Of a DNA stretch of 64,000 nt, positions 12,215 through 24,590 are shown piece by piece (position 1 is the stretch's first letter; each line of letters starts with the position of its first letter). Where the stretch lies: positions 5,272,001-5,336,000 of the forward strand of contig CM075998.1 of NCBI GenBank assembly GCA_038087875.1. Direction: 5' to 3'. Origin of the DNA: Malacoraja senta. Its lineage: Eukaryota. The position numbers and the translations under genes were made by a program. Below the pieces are notes generated by a model. It ran no database searches and was not told the origin of the DNA. It was given only the letters and a program-made list of their open reading frames with translations.

Positions 12215-12850
12215 CAAGGGTGTCAGGGTTATGGGGAGAAGGCAGGAGAATGGGAACTGGAGCTGGAAAGGGTACAGAGAAGATTTACGAGGATGTTGCC
12301 AGGACTAGAGGGCCTGAGCTATGGGGAGAGGTTGAGCAGGCTGGGTCTCTATTCCATGGAGCGCAGGAGGATGAGGGGTGATCTTATAGAGGTGTATAAA
12401 ATCATGAGAGGAATAGATCGGGTAGATACGCAGAGTCTCTTGCCCAGAGTAGGGGAATCGAGGACCAGAGGACATAGGTTTAAGGTGAAGGGGAAAAGAT
12501 GTAATAGGAATCTGAGGGGTAACATTTTCACACAAAGGGTGGTGGGTGTATGGAACAAGCTGCCAGAGGAGGTAGTTGAGGCTGGGACTATCCCAACATT
12601 TAAGAAACAGTTAGACAGGTACATGGATAGGACAGGTTTGGAGGGATATGGACCAAGCACAGGCAGGTGGGACTAGTGTAGATGGGACATGTTGGGCAAG
12701 TTGGGCCGTAGGACCTGTTTCCACACTGTATCACTCGGTGACTCTTTAATGGGGAAGGTTGAGAGGGAGAGATAGATCAGCCATGATTGAATGGCGGAGT
12801 AGACCCGATGGGCCGAATGGCCTCATTCTGCTCCTGCGGATTATGAACGG
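12215..12850 (+). mobile_element. CR1 fragment (12258-12745) nested in another CR1 3' UTR
   Basis: LERVQRRFTRMLPGLEGLSYGERL...WNKLPEEVV; aatggg on both sides. Confidence 0.9.
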
Positions 12851-13116
12851 ATGAAAGGTTGGGAGGAATTGTGCAGTGGGTGAGAGTGCCATAACTGGGA
12901 ATCTGACCTCCGATGGGGGAAGACATGGAGTAATGCAGGATCAAAGATCTGGAATGTGTGGGAGAGGATCTGTGTTACAGGTCAAAGCAAAGACAAGGAT
13001 GGAGTTAATGACTGAGGCAAGGATACCACAGGCAGGAGTAGCTCGGAGTAAAAGGGTGGGAAACATTTCGGGTTGGCACACTTCTTCAGACACTTCAGAA
13101 GTGGGGACCCGACCTG

Positions 13117-13636
13117 GAACGTCACCCATCCATGTTCTCCACAGATGCTGCCTGACCCGCTGAGTTACTCCAGCACTCTGTGAAACGTCACCTATCCATG
13201 TTCTCCACAGATGCTGCCTGACCCGCTGAGTTACTCCAGCACTCTGGGAAACGTCACCTATCCATGTTCCGGCAGCATCTATGGAGCGAAGGAAATAGGC
13301 AACGTTTCGGCCCGAAACCCTTCCGGGTTTCGGCCCGAAAAGTTGCCTATTTCCTTCAGGGTTTCGGCCCGAAAGGTTGCCCATTTCCTTCGCTCCACAG
13401 ATGCTGCCTGACCCGCTGAGTTACTCCAGCACTCTGTGAAACGTCACCTATCCATGTTCTCCACAGATGCTGCCTGACCCGCTGAGTTACTCCAGCACTC
13501 TGTGAAACGTCACCTATCCATGTCCTCCACAGATGCTGCCTGACCCGCTGAGTTACTCCAGCACTCTGTGAAACGTCACCCATCCATGTTCTCCACAGAT
13601 GCTGCCTGACCCGCTGAGTCACTCCAGCACTCTGTG
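13117..13636 (+). repeat. 66-bp array with 138-bp fold-back cassette (13271-13408)
   Basis: Degenerate hammerhead head, array units, PLE tail to 13680. Confidence 0.97.
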
Positions 13637-13749
13637 TCTAACTTCGGTATCAACCAGCACCTGCAGTTCCTTTCTACGCAAGGATATGCAAGGTTGATTT
13701 CCAGGGATAACGGTGCAGGCGTGGGTTGCTTAACGGTGGAGGATTCCGT

Positions 13750-14060
13750 AGGGCGGTCACGGTGGCGCAGCGGTAGAGTTGCTGCCTCACAGCGCCAGAG
13801 ACCCGGGTTCCATCCTGACCACGGGTGCTGTCTGTACGGAGTTTGTACCTTCTCCCCGTGACCTGCGTGGGTTTTCTCCGGGTGCTCCGGTTTCCTCCCG
13901 CACTCCAAAGACGTGCAGGTTTGTTGGCTAATTGGCTTGGTGTAAACGTAAATCGTCCCTAGTGTGTGTAGGATAGTGTTAGTGTGCGGGGATCGCTGGT
14001 CGGCGCGGACTATGTGGGCCGAAAGGCCTGTTCCCGCACTGTATCTCCAAACTAAACTAG
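13750..14060 (+). mobile_element. V-SINE, full length
   Basis: Head, core, (actaa)n tail. Confidence 0.92.
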
Positions 14061-14364
14061 AGATAGTGTATGGAACCGAGGTGCTGCTATTCTGGATTAG
14101 GGAGTGGGAAGAATGTTGATGGAATCGGTGCTCAAGAGCATGGATGGACAGTGTTTGGTGTAAGGAAGATTTTGGGAAAGAGGATACAGCTGAATTAGAG
14201 AGATGCAAATGTTCGACAATGAATTAGCTGTCCAGCAAAAATATGTTCTGCACATTGCTAACACCAACATGGAAAATTGTAAATCACAATAACTTCATTT
14301 CTTTGAGTGTATTTCTCCCCCCCACCCTCACCCAACCCCCCCACCAACCCTCATTCTTTTATTA

Positions 14365-14578
14365 TGAAGATAGACACAAGAAGCTGGAGTAACTCAGCGG
14401 GACTGGCAGCATCTCCGGAGAGAAGGGATGGGTGACGTCCCGGGTCCCGGGTCGAGACCCTTCTTCAGACTGGTCACCCATTCCTTCCCTCCGGAGATGC
14501 TGCCTGTCCCGCTGAGTTACTCCAGCATTTTTGCGTCTGTCTTCGGCGTAAACCAGCGCCTGCAGTTCCTTCCTACTC
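14365..14578. mobile_element. PLE terminal inverted pair
   Basis: Two opposed PLE ends around a hammerhead remnant. Confidence 0.8.
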
Positions 14579-15177
14579 CCTCCTTTTATCATCTGCTGGC
14601 CAGGTGTTCCTCCACCATTGGGCGGAGCGAAGCACAATACACGGATTATTCAGCGTGCTTCTGTAAATGGTGAACTGCTGTTAAACGTAAATTGACGTAC
14701 TTAGCCAGGCTAGTGCAGGATGCTCTCCTTGATGGTTGCTAAATACCGCGTTGAACTGATTTTTTCACCCCTTTTCCTCTACTCACCCGCTAACCCATGG
14801 ATGAAGCATGCAAGCTGCCCACTGCCATACTTCACCTGAAACACAATGGTCACCACTGTACTAATTTTGATTTAACTACTTGCAGCCGATCACTGAAATA
14901 GAGAACAAAAAGAAACTATCGGGCTCCCTCCTGGTGTCCATGGACCAGTTGAACGCATCGTTCGGGAGGAAAGATCGTGCGAACAGCGTGTTGAGTGTTC
15001 TGACAAACACACTGGAAGGTACGTCGGACGCATGTTTCCTGGCCGGTTTCGGTGGGTGCGTTTCTCAGGGGTTAAAAATGGCCGTACGGGTTCAGGTATC
15101 GAGATACAGCCCGGATACACTGCCCTCTGGCCCACCGAGTCAGCGCCGACCAGCGATCAGCCCGCTCACTAGCACTG

Positions 15178-15212
15178 TGGAGGCGTGGGTTCGTATCCCA
15201 CTTCTGACACCA
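15178..15212 (+). other. 3' 35 nt of mature tRNA-Leu including CCA (extended primer-binding site)
   Basis: tggaggcgtgggttcgTatcccacttctgacacca matches the vertebrate tRNA-Leu(CAA/CAG) 3' end; minus strand reads TGGTGTCAGAAGTGGGAT. Confidence 0.9.
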
Positions 15213-15411
15213 TGTTGTGTTTCGGCTGTTGTAAATAACTGAAGCCTTACACCAAGATAAAGGTCCCAAAGACTTTATTAACTACATAGCAAATATGACC
15301 ACACTTGCACGTCTCTCTAACTCTAAGGGAACCAGGCAGGGAGGGTTACTGTAAAGCTAGTGGGCATAACTACAAAAGCATGACTCATAACATGAGTGGC
15401 ACTGATCTACA
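15213..15411 (-). mobile_element. Solo LTR of a tRNA-Leu-primed (Gypsy-like) retrotransposon
   Basis: TG...CA ends, AATAAA on minus strand (15274-15279), PBS directly downstream. Confidence 0.8.
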
Positions 15412-16103
15412 CTATCCTACACACACTAGGGGCAATTTACAATTATACCAAGCCAATTAACCTACAAACCTGTACGTCTTTGGAGTGTGGGAGGAAACCG
15501 GAGCACCCGGAGAAAACCCACGCGGGTCACGGGGAGAACGTACAAACTCCGTACAGACGGGTCATAAGTCCATAAGTTCGAGGAGCAGCATTAGGCCATT
15601 CGGCCCACCGAGTCTACTCCGCTATTCAATCATGGCTGATCTATCTCTCCCTCATAACCCCATTCTCCTGCCTTCTCCCCACAACCCCTGATACCGGTTT
15701 CCTCCCACATCCCGAACACGTGCGGGTGTGTAGGTTAATCGGCCCCTCTGTAAATTGGCCCCTAGTGTGTAGGGAGTGGATGAGAAAGTGGGATAACATG
15801 GAACTGGTGTGTGAGCGGGTGATCGATGGTCGGCACGGACTCGGTGGGCCGAAGGGCCTGTGTCCATGCAGTATCTGTAAACTTCACAGATTGCAATCAA
15901 CGGCCATTCTAGCTGCTCTTGGAAATATTCTCATGCACCTCATGAATGGACACATATGACATCTTCACTTTTCGACTACTGCCTTAACTGAACCGTTTTA
16001 ACTTTTTGACTCCCCTTACCTACTCTAACCTTACCCCCCCCCCCCCCCCCCTCCGAAAGTACAGACCTCCTCACTCTCTCTGCAACAATCCCGACATTAT
16101 CCC

Positions 16104-16590
16104 AGGGCGGCGCGGTGGCGCAGCGGTAGAGTTGCTGCCTCACGGCGCGGGGACCCGGGTTCCATCCCGACGGAGTTTGTACCTTCTCCCCGTGACCCGC
16201 GTGGGTTTTCTCTGGGTGCCCCGGTTACCTCCCACACTCCAAAGACGTGCAGGTTTGTAGGTAGTGAGGGAAGGAAGTGCAGATTGCCGGTTTACACGGA
16301 AAATAGACACAAAGTGCTGGAGTAACTCAGCGGGACAGGCAGCATCAAAGGATAGAAGGAATGGGTGACGTTTCTGGTCAAGACCCTTCTTCAAACTGGA
16401 TGAAGGGTCTCGACCTGAAACATCACCCATTCCTTCTATCCACAAGTTTGTAGGTTAATTGGCTTGGTATCATTGTAAATTGTCCCTAGTGTGTGTAGGA
16501 TGGTGTTAGTGTGCGGGGATCGCTGGTCGGTGCGGACTTGGTGGGCCGAAGGGCCTGTTTCCGCGCTGTATCTCTAAACTAAACTAAAGT
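16104..16590 (+). mobile_element. V-SINE interrupted by a PLE inverted pair (16263-16445)
   Basis: gtttgtaggt duplicated at 16253-16262 and 16446-16455. Confidence 0.85.
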
Positions 16591-16654
16591 AAAATTATAA
16601 TCAAACCTGCCGACAGGGGAAGTTTTAAGCAGCCTGAAGAAGGGCTCAGACCAG

Positions 16655-17836
16655 GAATGTCACCTATCCATGTTCTCCACAGATGCTGCCTGACCTGCTG
16701 AGTTACTCCAGCACTCTGTGAAACGTCACCTATCCATGTTCCGGCAGCATCTATGGAGCGAAGGAAATAGGCAACGTTTCGACCCGAAACCCTTCCGGGT
16801 TTCGGCCCGAAACGTTGCCTATTTCCTTCAGGGTTTCGGCCCGAAAGGTTGCCCATTTCCTTCGCTCCACAGATGCTGCCTGACCCGCTGAGTTACTCCA
16901 GCACTCTGTGAAACGTCACCTATCCATGTTCTCCACAGATGCTGCCTGACCCGCTGAGTTACTCCAGCACTCTGTGAAACGTCACCTATCCATGTTCTCC
17001 ACAGATGCTGCCTGACCCGCTGAGTTACTCCAGCACTCTGTGAAACGTCACCTATCCATGTTCTCCACAGATGCTGCCTGACCCGCTGAGTTACTCCAGC
17101 ACTCTGTGAAACGTCACCTATCCATGTTCTCCACAGATGCTGCCTGACCCGCTGAGTTACTCCAGCACTCTGTGAAACGTCACCTATCCATGTTCTCCAC
17201 AGATGCTGCCTGACCCGCTGAGTTACTCCAGCACTCTGTGAAACGTCACCTATCCATGTTCTCCAGAGATGCTGCCTGACCCGCTGAGTTACTCCAGCAC
17301 TCTGTGAAACGTCACCTATCCATGTTCCGGCAGCATCTATGGAGCGAAGGAAATAGGCAACGTTTCGACCCGAAACCCTTCCGGGTTTCGGCCCGAAACG
17401 TTGCCTATTTCCTTCAGGGTTTCGGCCCGAAAGGTTGCCCATTTCCTTCGCTCCACAGATGCTGCCTGACCCGCTGAGTTACTCCAGCACTCTGTGAAAC
17501 GTCACCTATCCATGTTCTCCACAGATGCTGCCTGACCCGCTGAGTTACTCCAGCACTCTGTGAAACGTCACCTATCCATGTTCTCCACAGATGCTGCCTG
17601 ACCCGCTGAGTTACTCCAGCACTCTGTGAAACGTCACCTATCCATGTTCTCCACAGATGCTGCCTGACCCGCTGAGTTACTCCAGCACTCTGTGAAACGT
17701 CACCTATCCATGTTCTCCACAGATGCTGCCTGACCCGCTGAGTTACTCCAGCACTCTGTGAAACGTCACCTATCCATGTTCTCCACAGATGCTGCCTGAC
17801 CCGCTGAGTTACTCCAGCACTCTGTGAAACGTCACC
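16655..17836 (+). repeat. 66-bp array with two fold-back cassettes, running into the gap
   Basis: Cassettes at 16743-16880 and 17329-17466; diverged hammerhead head at about 16634. Confidence 0.97.
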
Positions 17837-18036
17837 NNNNNNNNNNNNNNNNNNNNNNNNNNNNNNNNNNNNNNNNNNNNNNNNNNNNNNNNNNNNNNNN
17901 NNNNNNNNNNNNNNNNNNNNNNNNNNNNNNNNNNNNNNNNNNNNNNNNNNNNNNNNNNNNNNNNNNNNNNNNNNNNNNNNNNNNNNNNNNNNNNNNNNNN
18001 NNNNNNNNNNNNNNNNNNNNNNNNNNNNNNNNNNNN
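17837..18036. other. Assembly gap (200 N)
   Basis: Run of n. Confidence 1.
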
Positions 18037-18478
18037 AGCGCAGGCTCGCCGATCGATTCGCTGAACACCTCCGCTCAGTCCGCCTTAAACTAAGCTGATC
18101 TCCCGGTGGCTCAGCACTTCAACTCCCCCTCCTATTCCCAATCTGACCTTTCTATCCTGGGCCTCCTCCATTGTCAGAGTGAGGCCCAGCACAAACTGGA
18201 AGAACAGCACCTTATATTTCACTTGGGTAGCTTACATCCCAGCGGTATGAACATTGACTTCTCTAACTTCAGGTAGCCCTTGCTTTCCCTCTCTCTCCAT
18301 CCCCTCCCCTTCCCAGATCTCGCACTAGTCTTACTGTCTCTGCTTACATTCTATCTCTGTCCCGCCCCCTCCTCTGACATCAGTCTGAAGAAGGGTCTCG
18401 ATCCGAAACGTCACCCATTCCTTCTCTCCAGAGATGCTGCCTGTCCCGCTGAGTTACTCCAGCATTTTGTGTCTACCC
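18037..18478 (+). mobile_element. PLE 3' fragment (GIY-YIG endonuclease end and terminus)
   Basis: RRLADRFAEHLRSV...PVAQHFNSPS...KLEEQHLIFHLGSLHPSGMNIDFSNF; hammerhead motif 18385-18412. Confidence 0.88.
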
Positions 18479-18494
18479 TCAAAGACTTACTGTT

Positions 18495-18898
18495 ATAGAA
18501 ACATAGAAAATAGGTGCAGGAGGAGGCCATTCGGCCCTTCGAGCCAGCACCGCCATACATTGTGATCATGGCTGATCGTCCCCCTTTATTCTAAGACTGT
18601 GGCCCCTGGTTCTGGACTCGCCCAACATTTGGAACATTTTTCCTGCATCTAGCTTGTCCAGTCCTTTTATAATGTTGTATGTTTCTATAAGATGCCCCCT
18701 CATCCTTCTAAACTCCAGTGAATACAAGCCTAGTCCTTTCAATCTTTCCTCATATGACAGTCCCGCCATCCCAGGGATCAATCTCGGGAACCTACGCTGC
18801 ACTGCCTCAATCACAAGGATGTCCTTCCTCAAATTAGCAGACCAAAACTGTACACAATACTCCAGATGTGGTCTCACCAGAGCCCTATACAACTGCAG
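18495..18898 (-). mobile_element. CR1 3' fragment, internally deleted
   Basis: [20 protein letters not shown]...SYEERL. Confidence 0.92.
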
Positions 18899-19007
18899 TA
18901 TGTTAACTGTCATCAAATGCAAGAGTTATTTGACATTTTGCAGACAAAATCTTTCCTTTATAAAGCTATATTCTACATATTATGTTTAAACAGCTAGTTG
19001 CCTTTAC

Positions 19008-19332
19008 TTTAGTTTACAGATACAGCATGGAAACAGGCCCTTCGGCCCACCGAGTCCACGACGACCATTGATCACCCGTTCACACCAGTTCTATATTATT
19101 CCACTTTCTCATCCACTCCCCACACACGAGGGGGCAATTTAGAGAGGGACGATTAACCTACACACCCGCACGTCTTTGGGATGTGGGAGGAAACTGGAGC
19201 ACCCGGAGGAAACCCACGTGGTCACGAGGAGAACATGCAAACTACACACAAACAGCGCCCGAGGTTAGGATCGAACTGGGGCTGTTGGGCGGTGAGGCAG
19301 GGGCTGTACCGACTTTGCCACCGTGCCGCCCC
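19008..19332 (-). mobile_element. V-SINE
   Basis: Tail, core, head. Confidence 0.85.
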
Positions 19333-19744
19333 CTACTTGAATGTGACAGGGAGGCAGAAAGCCCAGTCATATACAGCAGCATCAGGGGAGGTGCTTAAAA
19401 ACTGCAGTGCAGGAGGTGGGATTAACCCAGGGAGCTTCTCCTTGACCAACAGGGACATGATGGGCCAAACAGACTCCTTCTGTTCCACTCGTTTTCTATG
19501 AGTTTATGATTAGTCATTCCCAAGTCTAGTAAAGCAGCACTACAACAACAAGGGCGGTCACGGTGACGCAGCGGTAGAGTTGCGGATGGGGGAGGAAACC
19601 AGAGCACCCGGAGGAAACCCATGCAGTCACAGGGAGAACGTGCAAACTCCACACAAACAACACCCAAGGGCAGGATCCAACCCGGGTCTCTGAAGCTATG
19701 AGGCAGCAGCGCTAGTAGATCAGTCTGAAGAAAGGTCCCAGCCT

Positions 19745-20760
19745 GAAATGACATCTATCCATGTTCTCCACAAATGCTGCCTGACCCGTTAAGTTAATGC
19801 CCCTGTCCCACTTGGAAACCTGAACAGAAACATCTGGAGACCTTGTGCCACACCCAAGGTTTCCGTAAGGTTCTCGGAGGTTTTGGTCACTCTCCCTAAT
19901 GGTCGAAAGTGGTTTCCGCGTGGTCGAGGCTTCTTCTATGTTCCTGCGATTATTTCAACAAAACCAAAACTGGCCTCGACTAAAAATAGGTTGCTGTTTG
20001 GTCGAAGCCAGTGGAGTGGGGTCGCTATTTACTTACAGGCAGTCGAAGGCAATCTCCTTCGCTGACCGGCCATGTTGATTGGCTCATTGGAGTTTTCAGC
20101 AAAGATCCTGTCGGATCTTTGGTTCTCAGGATCGAGAAGATCCGCCGGAAGGTAAAATGCCCGCTAACTTTATTAAACTTCTTAAAACTGTCTCCACTCC
20201 TTCTCCCCTCCTCCCCCCTTCTCTCCACTTCTTTCCCCTTCTCTCCCTCCGTCCCGCGCTCTCTAAAGGACTTACCGTGCTCTGTGGCAGCCGTTTACCT
20301 TCCTTTTCATCGCGCAGACAGCGCTCCTCCGCTGTCCCTGGCCCCCACCTTCGCGATGTGTTTGTGTGTGTGTGTGTGTGGTCGGTAGCAAAGATCCTGT
20401 AGGATCTTTGGTCAGTAGATGCAGCTCACGCTTCGGTCGAGGCTTTCCAGGCAAGTGACCAAAACCCCTGGCAACTCTTGGAAACATTGGGTGGGGCGCA
20501 AGGTCTCCAGAGGTTTCCGTTCAGGTTTCCTAAGTGGGACAGGGGCATTACTCCAGCACTCTGTGAAACGTCACCTATCCATGTTCTCCACAGATGCTGC
20601 CTGACCCGCTGAGTTACTCCAGCACTCTGTGAAACGTCACCTATCCATGTTCTCCACAGATGCTGCCTGACCCGCTGAGTTACTCCAGCACTCTGTGAAA
20701 CGTCACCTATCCATGTTCTCCACAGATGCTGCCTGACCCTCTGAGTTACTCCAGCACTTT
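19745..20760 (+). repeat. 66-bp array interrupted by a MITE
   Basis: First unit split at agtta|ctccagc; three more units at 20565-20760. Confidence 0.9.
19797..20548. mobile_element. Non-autonomous DNA transposon (MITE), about 90-bp imperfect TIRs
   Basis: atgcccctgtcccactt...aagtgggacaggggcat flanked by TA; no transposase ORF. Confidence 0.9.
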
Positions 20761-21365
20761 GAGATGATTTAATCTAACTATTATTCGATGGTGTGAACAG
20801 TTGGAGGACTGTGACTCGTTAAGACAGCCAATTAACTTTAGAATTAAAATAAGGAAACATGAATCGAGAACCGAGCCATAGTTTAAATTTGGGTTATTTA
20901 GCAGCCTATTTTAATACCTTTCCCGGTGATGTTTTGTTTTTTAAATTCAGTTACTTTCTAATTTCACATTCGAAAGTGTTCCCTGTTACTGTGAAAACGC
21001 TCACGAATATTTAGTTGTGCGAACAGCTGTCTTTAGTGATTTGGTTTTGTTTTGAGAATACTGTATATATGCAGAGTGTGAAAGTGCTGTAAAGGTGATA
21101 TCAGGAGTGACATCAGGAGACATAACACAGACACTAGCAACATCTAGTGGATTGACTGTGAACTATCACACGCAGGCCTCCATTTACATAGAAACATAGA
21201 AAATAGGTGCAGGAGTAGGCCATTCGGCCCTTTGAGCCTGCACCGCCATTCAATATGATCATGGCATTTGGTATTGACACTAGGAAGTGCAGATGCTGGT
21301 TGACAAAAAAAAGACACAAAATGCTGGAGTAACTAAACAGGTCAGGCAGAGTCTCTGGAGAAAAT

Positions 21366-22100
21366 GGATGTGTCCGTATCGCTGTGTCGGTGGAGTAGGC
21401 CGCTGGAGGCCCTGCAGCAGCCTGGGGCTCAATTGGATCGGGCCCGCTCCAGGAGGCCGGGTGCGCGGATCAGACACGGTGGAGGACATCGACAACATCG
21501 CCGGGCCAGGCCGACCCTGCAACTCCAACCCAGAGCTGCTGCCATGACAACGGGCCTTTATGGTCATTAAGACCATGCATTTTAAAGAAATATGAACTCC
21601 AAGGATACAAGATGGCTCTGGATGGTTTAGTTTAGTTTAGTTTAGAGAGACAGCGCGGAAACAGGCCCTTCGGCCCACCGTGTCCGCGCCGACCAGCGAT
21701 CCCCGCACATTAACACTATCCTACACACACTGGGGACAATTTACACTTATACCAAGCCAATTAACCTACAAAACTGCACGTCTTCGGAGTGTGGGAGGAA
21801 AGTTAAGATCCCGGAGAAAACCCACGCAGGTCACGGGAGAACGTACAAACTCCGTACAGGCAGCACCCGTAGTCAGGATGGAACCCGGGTCTCTGGTGCT
21901 GTGAGGCAGCAACTCTACCACTGCGCCACCATGCTCACCCACGTGACGAATCTTGTGTACTTCCTTCGTGTGTAATCGACTGTTCTTACACGCTTGTACT
22001 TAAGTGTGATTGTGTCTATGAATAGTAAGATAGTAAGATTTTTACTGAACTGTATGCAAAATAGCAATTTCACTGTGCCAAGGTATATGTGACAATAAAG
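21366..22100 (+). mobile_element. Unclassified non-autonomous retroposon with Rex1-type tail, inside a PLE end
   Basis: GC-rich body, tail aatttcactgt...tgtgacaataaa; paralog at 29926-30345; split by a SINE. Confidence 0.6.
21625..21935 (-). mobile_element. V-SINE, full length
   Basis: (gttta)n tail, core, head. Confidence 0.92.
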
Positions 22101-22249
22101 TGAGGAGAAGTGTTGGGTCGGGACCCTTCTTCAGACTGATTGTATTTGGGGGGGGAGAGACCATCCTCTTCCAGTTTTCTCCTTGCCGCTACAATCCTCT
22201 TTGATTCCCCCATCTCCACTACAATCTGTCTGAGGAAGGGTTCCGATCC

Positions 22250-22690
22250 GAAACGTCTCCTATCCATGTTCTCCACAGATGCTGCCTGACCCGCTGAGTT
22301 ACTCCAGCACTCTGTGAAACGTCACCTATCCATGTTCTCCACAGATGCTGCCTGACCCGCTGAGTTACTCCAGCACTCTGTGAAACGTCACCTATCCATG
22401 TTCTCCACAGATGCTGCCTGACCCGCTGAGTTACTCCAGCACTCTGTGAAACGTCACCTATCCATGTTCTCCACAGATGCTGCCTGACCCGCTGAGTTAC
22501 TCCAGCACTCTGTGAAACGTCACCTATCCATGTTCTCCACAGATGCTGCCTGACCCGCTGAGTTACTCCAGCACTCTGTGAAAACGTCACCTATCCATGT
22601 TCTCCACAGATGCTGCCTGACTCGCTGAGTTACTCCAGCACTCTGTGAAACGTCACCTATCCATATTCTCCACAGATGCTGCCTGACCTG
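22250..22690 (+). repeat. 66-bp array (about 6.5 units)
   Basis: Follows diverged head ctgaggaagggttccgatccgaaacgtc. Confidence 0.97.
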
Positions 22691-22799
22691 GCACGTTGCG
22701 TGTCTTTTTTCCTACTTTGATATACGTATTCCTCTCAGTGACAAATTCAGCAAAATAATCGACATCAGCAGAAAACGAAAGTGAGTAATCGTAAAGGTG

Positions 22800-22950
22800 G
22801 AACTTGCATTTATATAGCGTCGTGCACGACCAGGGGACGTCGCAGAGATTTTTGCGGCCAATGCGGTGCTTTTGGAGCGTTGCTATGCAGGAAATGTACC
22901 GGCCATTTTGCGCGCAGCGAGCCCCCGCCAACAGCAATGCAATAAGCCGA
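22800..22950 (-). mobile_element. Ancient DeuSINE-like (SacSINE1/AmnSINE1-type) remnant
   Basis: aacttgcatttatatagcg (reverse of an L2-type tail) and gccattttgcgcgcagcgagcccccgccaacagcaatg resembling the Deu core. Confidence 0.5.
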
Positions 22951-23341
22951 GCAGGGATTGGACAGTTCAGGCAGTTTATTGTTTCCCTGGGGATTCTTCC
23001 TGCTTCAACAGCCTGAAAAATACTTAGTGAGGTCTTCATGAAAACACGTGCATAATTAAACAGCGGCCAGCAATGGCGGAGAAAGAAAGCAGGTAAAATA
23101 TAATCGAACATTGTATTTTAAGTTTGATGTCTCCTTCTGCACCGTCCGAATTCATTCTTTCGAAGACTCAACTTCAAGTCTCAATTTCCAATTGCGAGCA
23201 AATTTATTACCCAATTTCCCTTCCTCGCCATCTTGCCAGCTATTATTACACCGTTAATGTCTCTCTTTCATCACGTACGTCATCGTTCCTGCTAACATCT
23301 TCTAACCTTCTTCCAGCATGTTCCTTCTAACATGTTCACAA

Positions 23342-24590
23342 GTTCATAAGTCATACGAGGAGAATTAGGCCATTCCGCCCATCGAGTCTACTCCGCCATC
23401 CGATCATGGCTGCCTCTGTGTTTCGTAGAATCAAATCTCTCCCTCTCACCCTCCTGCCTTCTCCCCATAACCCCCGACTCCGTACTAATCAACAATCTGT
23501 CAATATCCGCATTAAAAATATCCATTTACGGCCTCTAAAGCTGTCTGTGGCAATGAATTCCCAAATTCACCAACCTGTGGCTAAAGAAATTCCTCCTCAT
23601 CTCCTTTCTAAAGGAACGTCCTTTTATTTTGAGGCTGTGCCCTCTGGTCCTAGACTCTCCCACTAGTGGAAACATCCTCTCCACATCCACTCTATCCAGG
23701 CCTTTCATTATGCGGTAAGTTTCAATGAGGTCCCCCCCTCATACTTCTAAACTCCAGCGAGTACAGGCCCAGTGCCAACAAACGCTCATCATATGTTAAC
23801 CCACTCATTCCTGGGATCATTCTTGTAAACCTCCTCTGGACCCTCTCCAGAGCCAGCACATCCTGCCTCAGATATGGGGCCCAAAACTGCTCACAGTACT
23901 CCAAATGTGGCCTGACCAGCGCCTTATAGAGCCTCGACGTTACATCCCTCTTTTTACAGTATATTCTGGTCCTCTTGAAATGAATGCTCACATTGCAATT
24001 GTCTTCCTTACTCCCGATTCCACCTGAAAAACCTGGCAAGTCTCTTGGCACCTCCGATTTCTGAATCATCTTGCCATTTAGAAAATAGACTTTGCCTTTA
24101 TTCCTACTACCAAAGTGCATGACCACACATTTTGCTACACTGTATTCGATCTGCCACTTCTCTGCCCATTCTCCCAACCTATCCAAGTCCTTCTGTAGTC
24201 TGAAGATAGACACAAAAAGCTGGAGTAACTCAGCGGGTCAGACGTCATCTCTGGAGAAAAGGAATAGGTGATGTTTCGGGTCCGGACCCTTCTTCAGACA
24301 CCTTCTGCAGAGACCCTGCTTCCTCCACACGACCTGCCCCTGCACCTATTTTCGTATAATCTGTAAACTTGGCCACAAAGCCTTCAATCCCCTCGTTCCA
24401 AATCATTAATATACAATGTGAAGAGTAGCGGCCCCAGCACCGAGCCCTGCGGAACTCCGCTAGTCACTGGCAGCCAACCAGTAAAAGCCCCCTTTATTGC
24501 CACTCTTTGTCTTCTGCCATCCAGCCAACCTGCTGACCATGCTAGCATCTGCACTTTGATGCCATGGGCTCTCACAACTCTTTTCACAGC
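23342..24590 (-). mobile_element. CR1 LINE RT and 3' fragment with a PLE insert (24198-24300)
   Basis: [52 protein letters not shown]. Confidence 0.93.

Larger units (their letters stand above)
15100..15560 (-). mobile_element. V-SINE interrupted by an LTR/tRNA insert
   Basis: SINE sequence cactagcact|atcctacacacac is split at 15177-15411. Confidence 0.85.

Noticed and set aside
15178..15212. tRNA-Leu gene
   Set aside because: Only the 3' 35 nt, with encoded CCA and abutting an LTR; primer-derived.
16655..17836. 66-bp arrays as CRISPR arrays
   Set aside because: Head-to-tail identical units with no unique spacers, no cas genes, vertebrate context.
17824..18093. ORFs spanning X residues
   Set aside because: Artefacts of the N gap.
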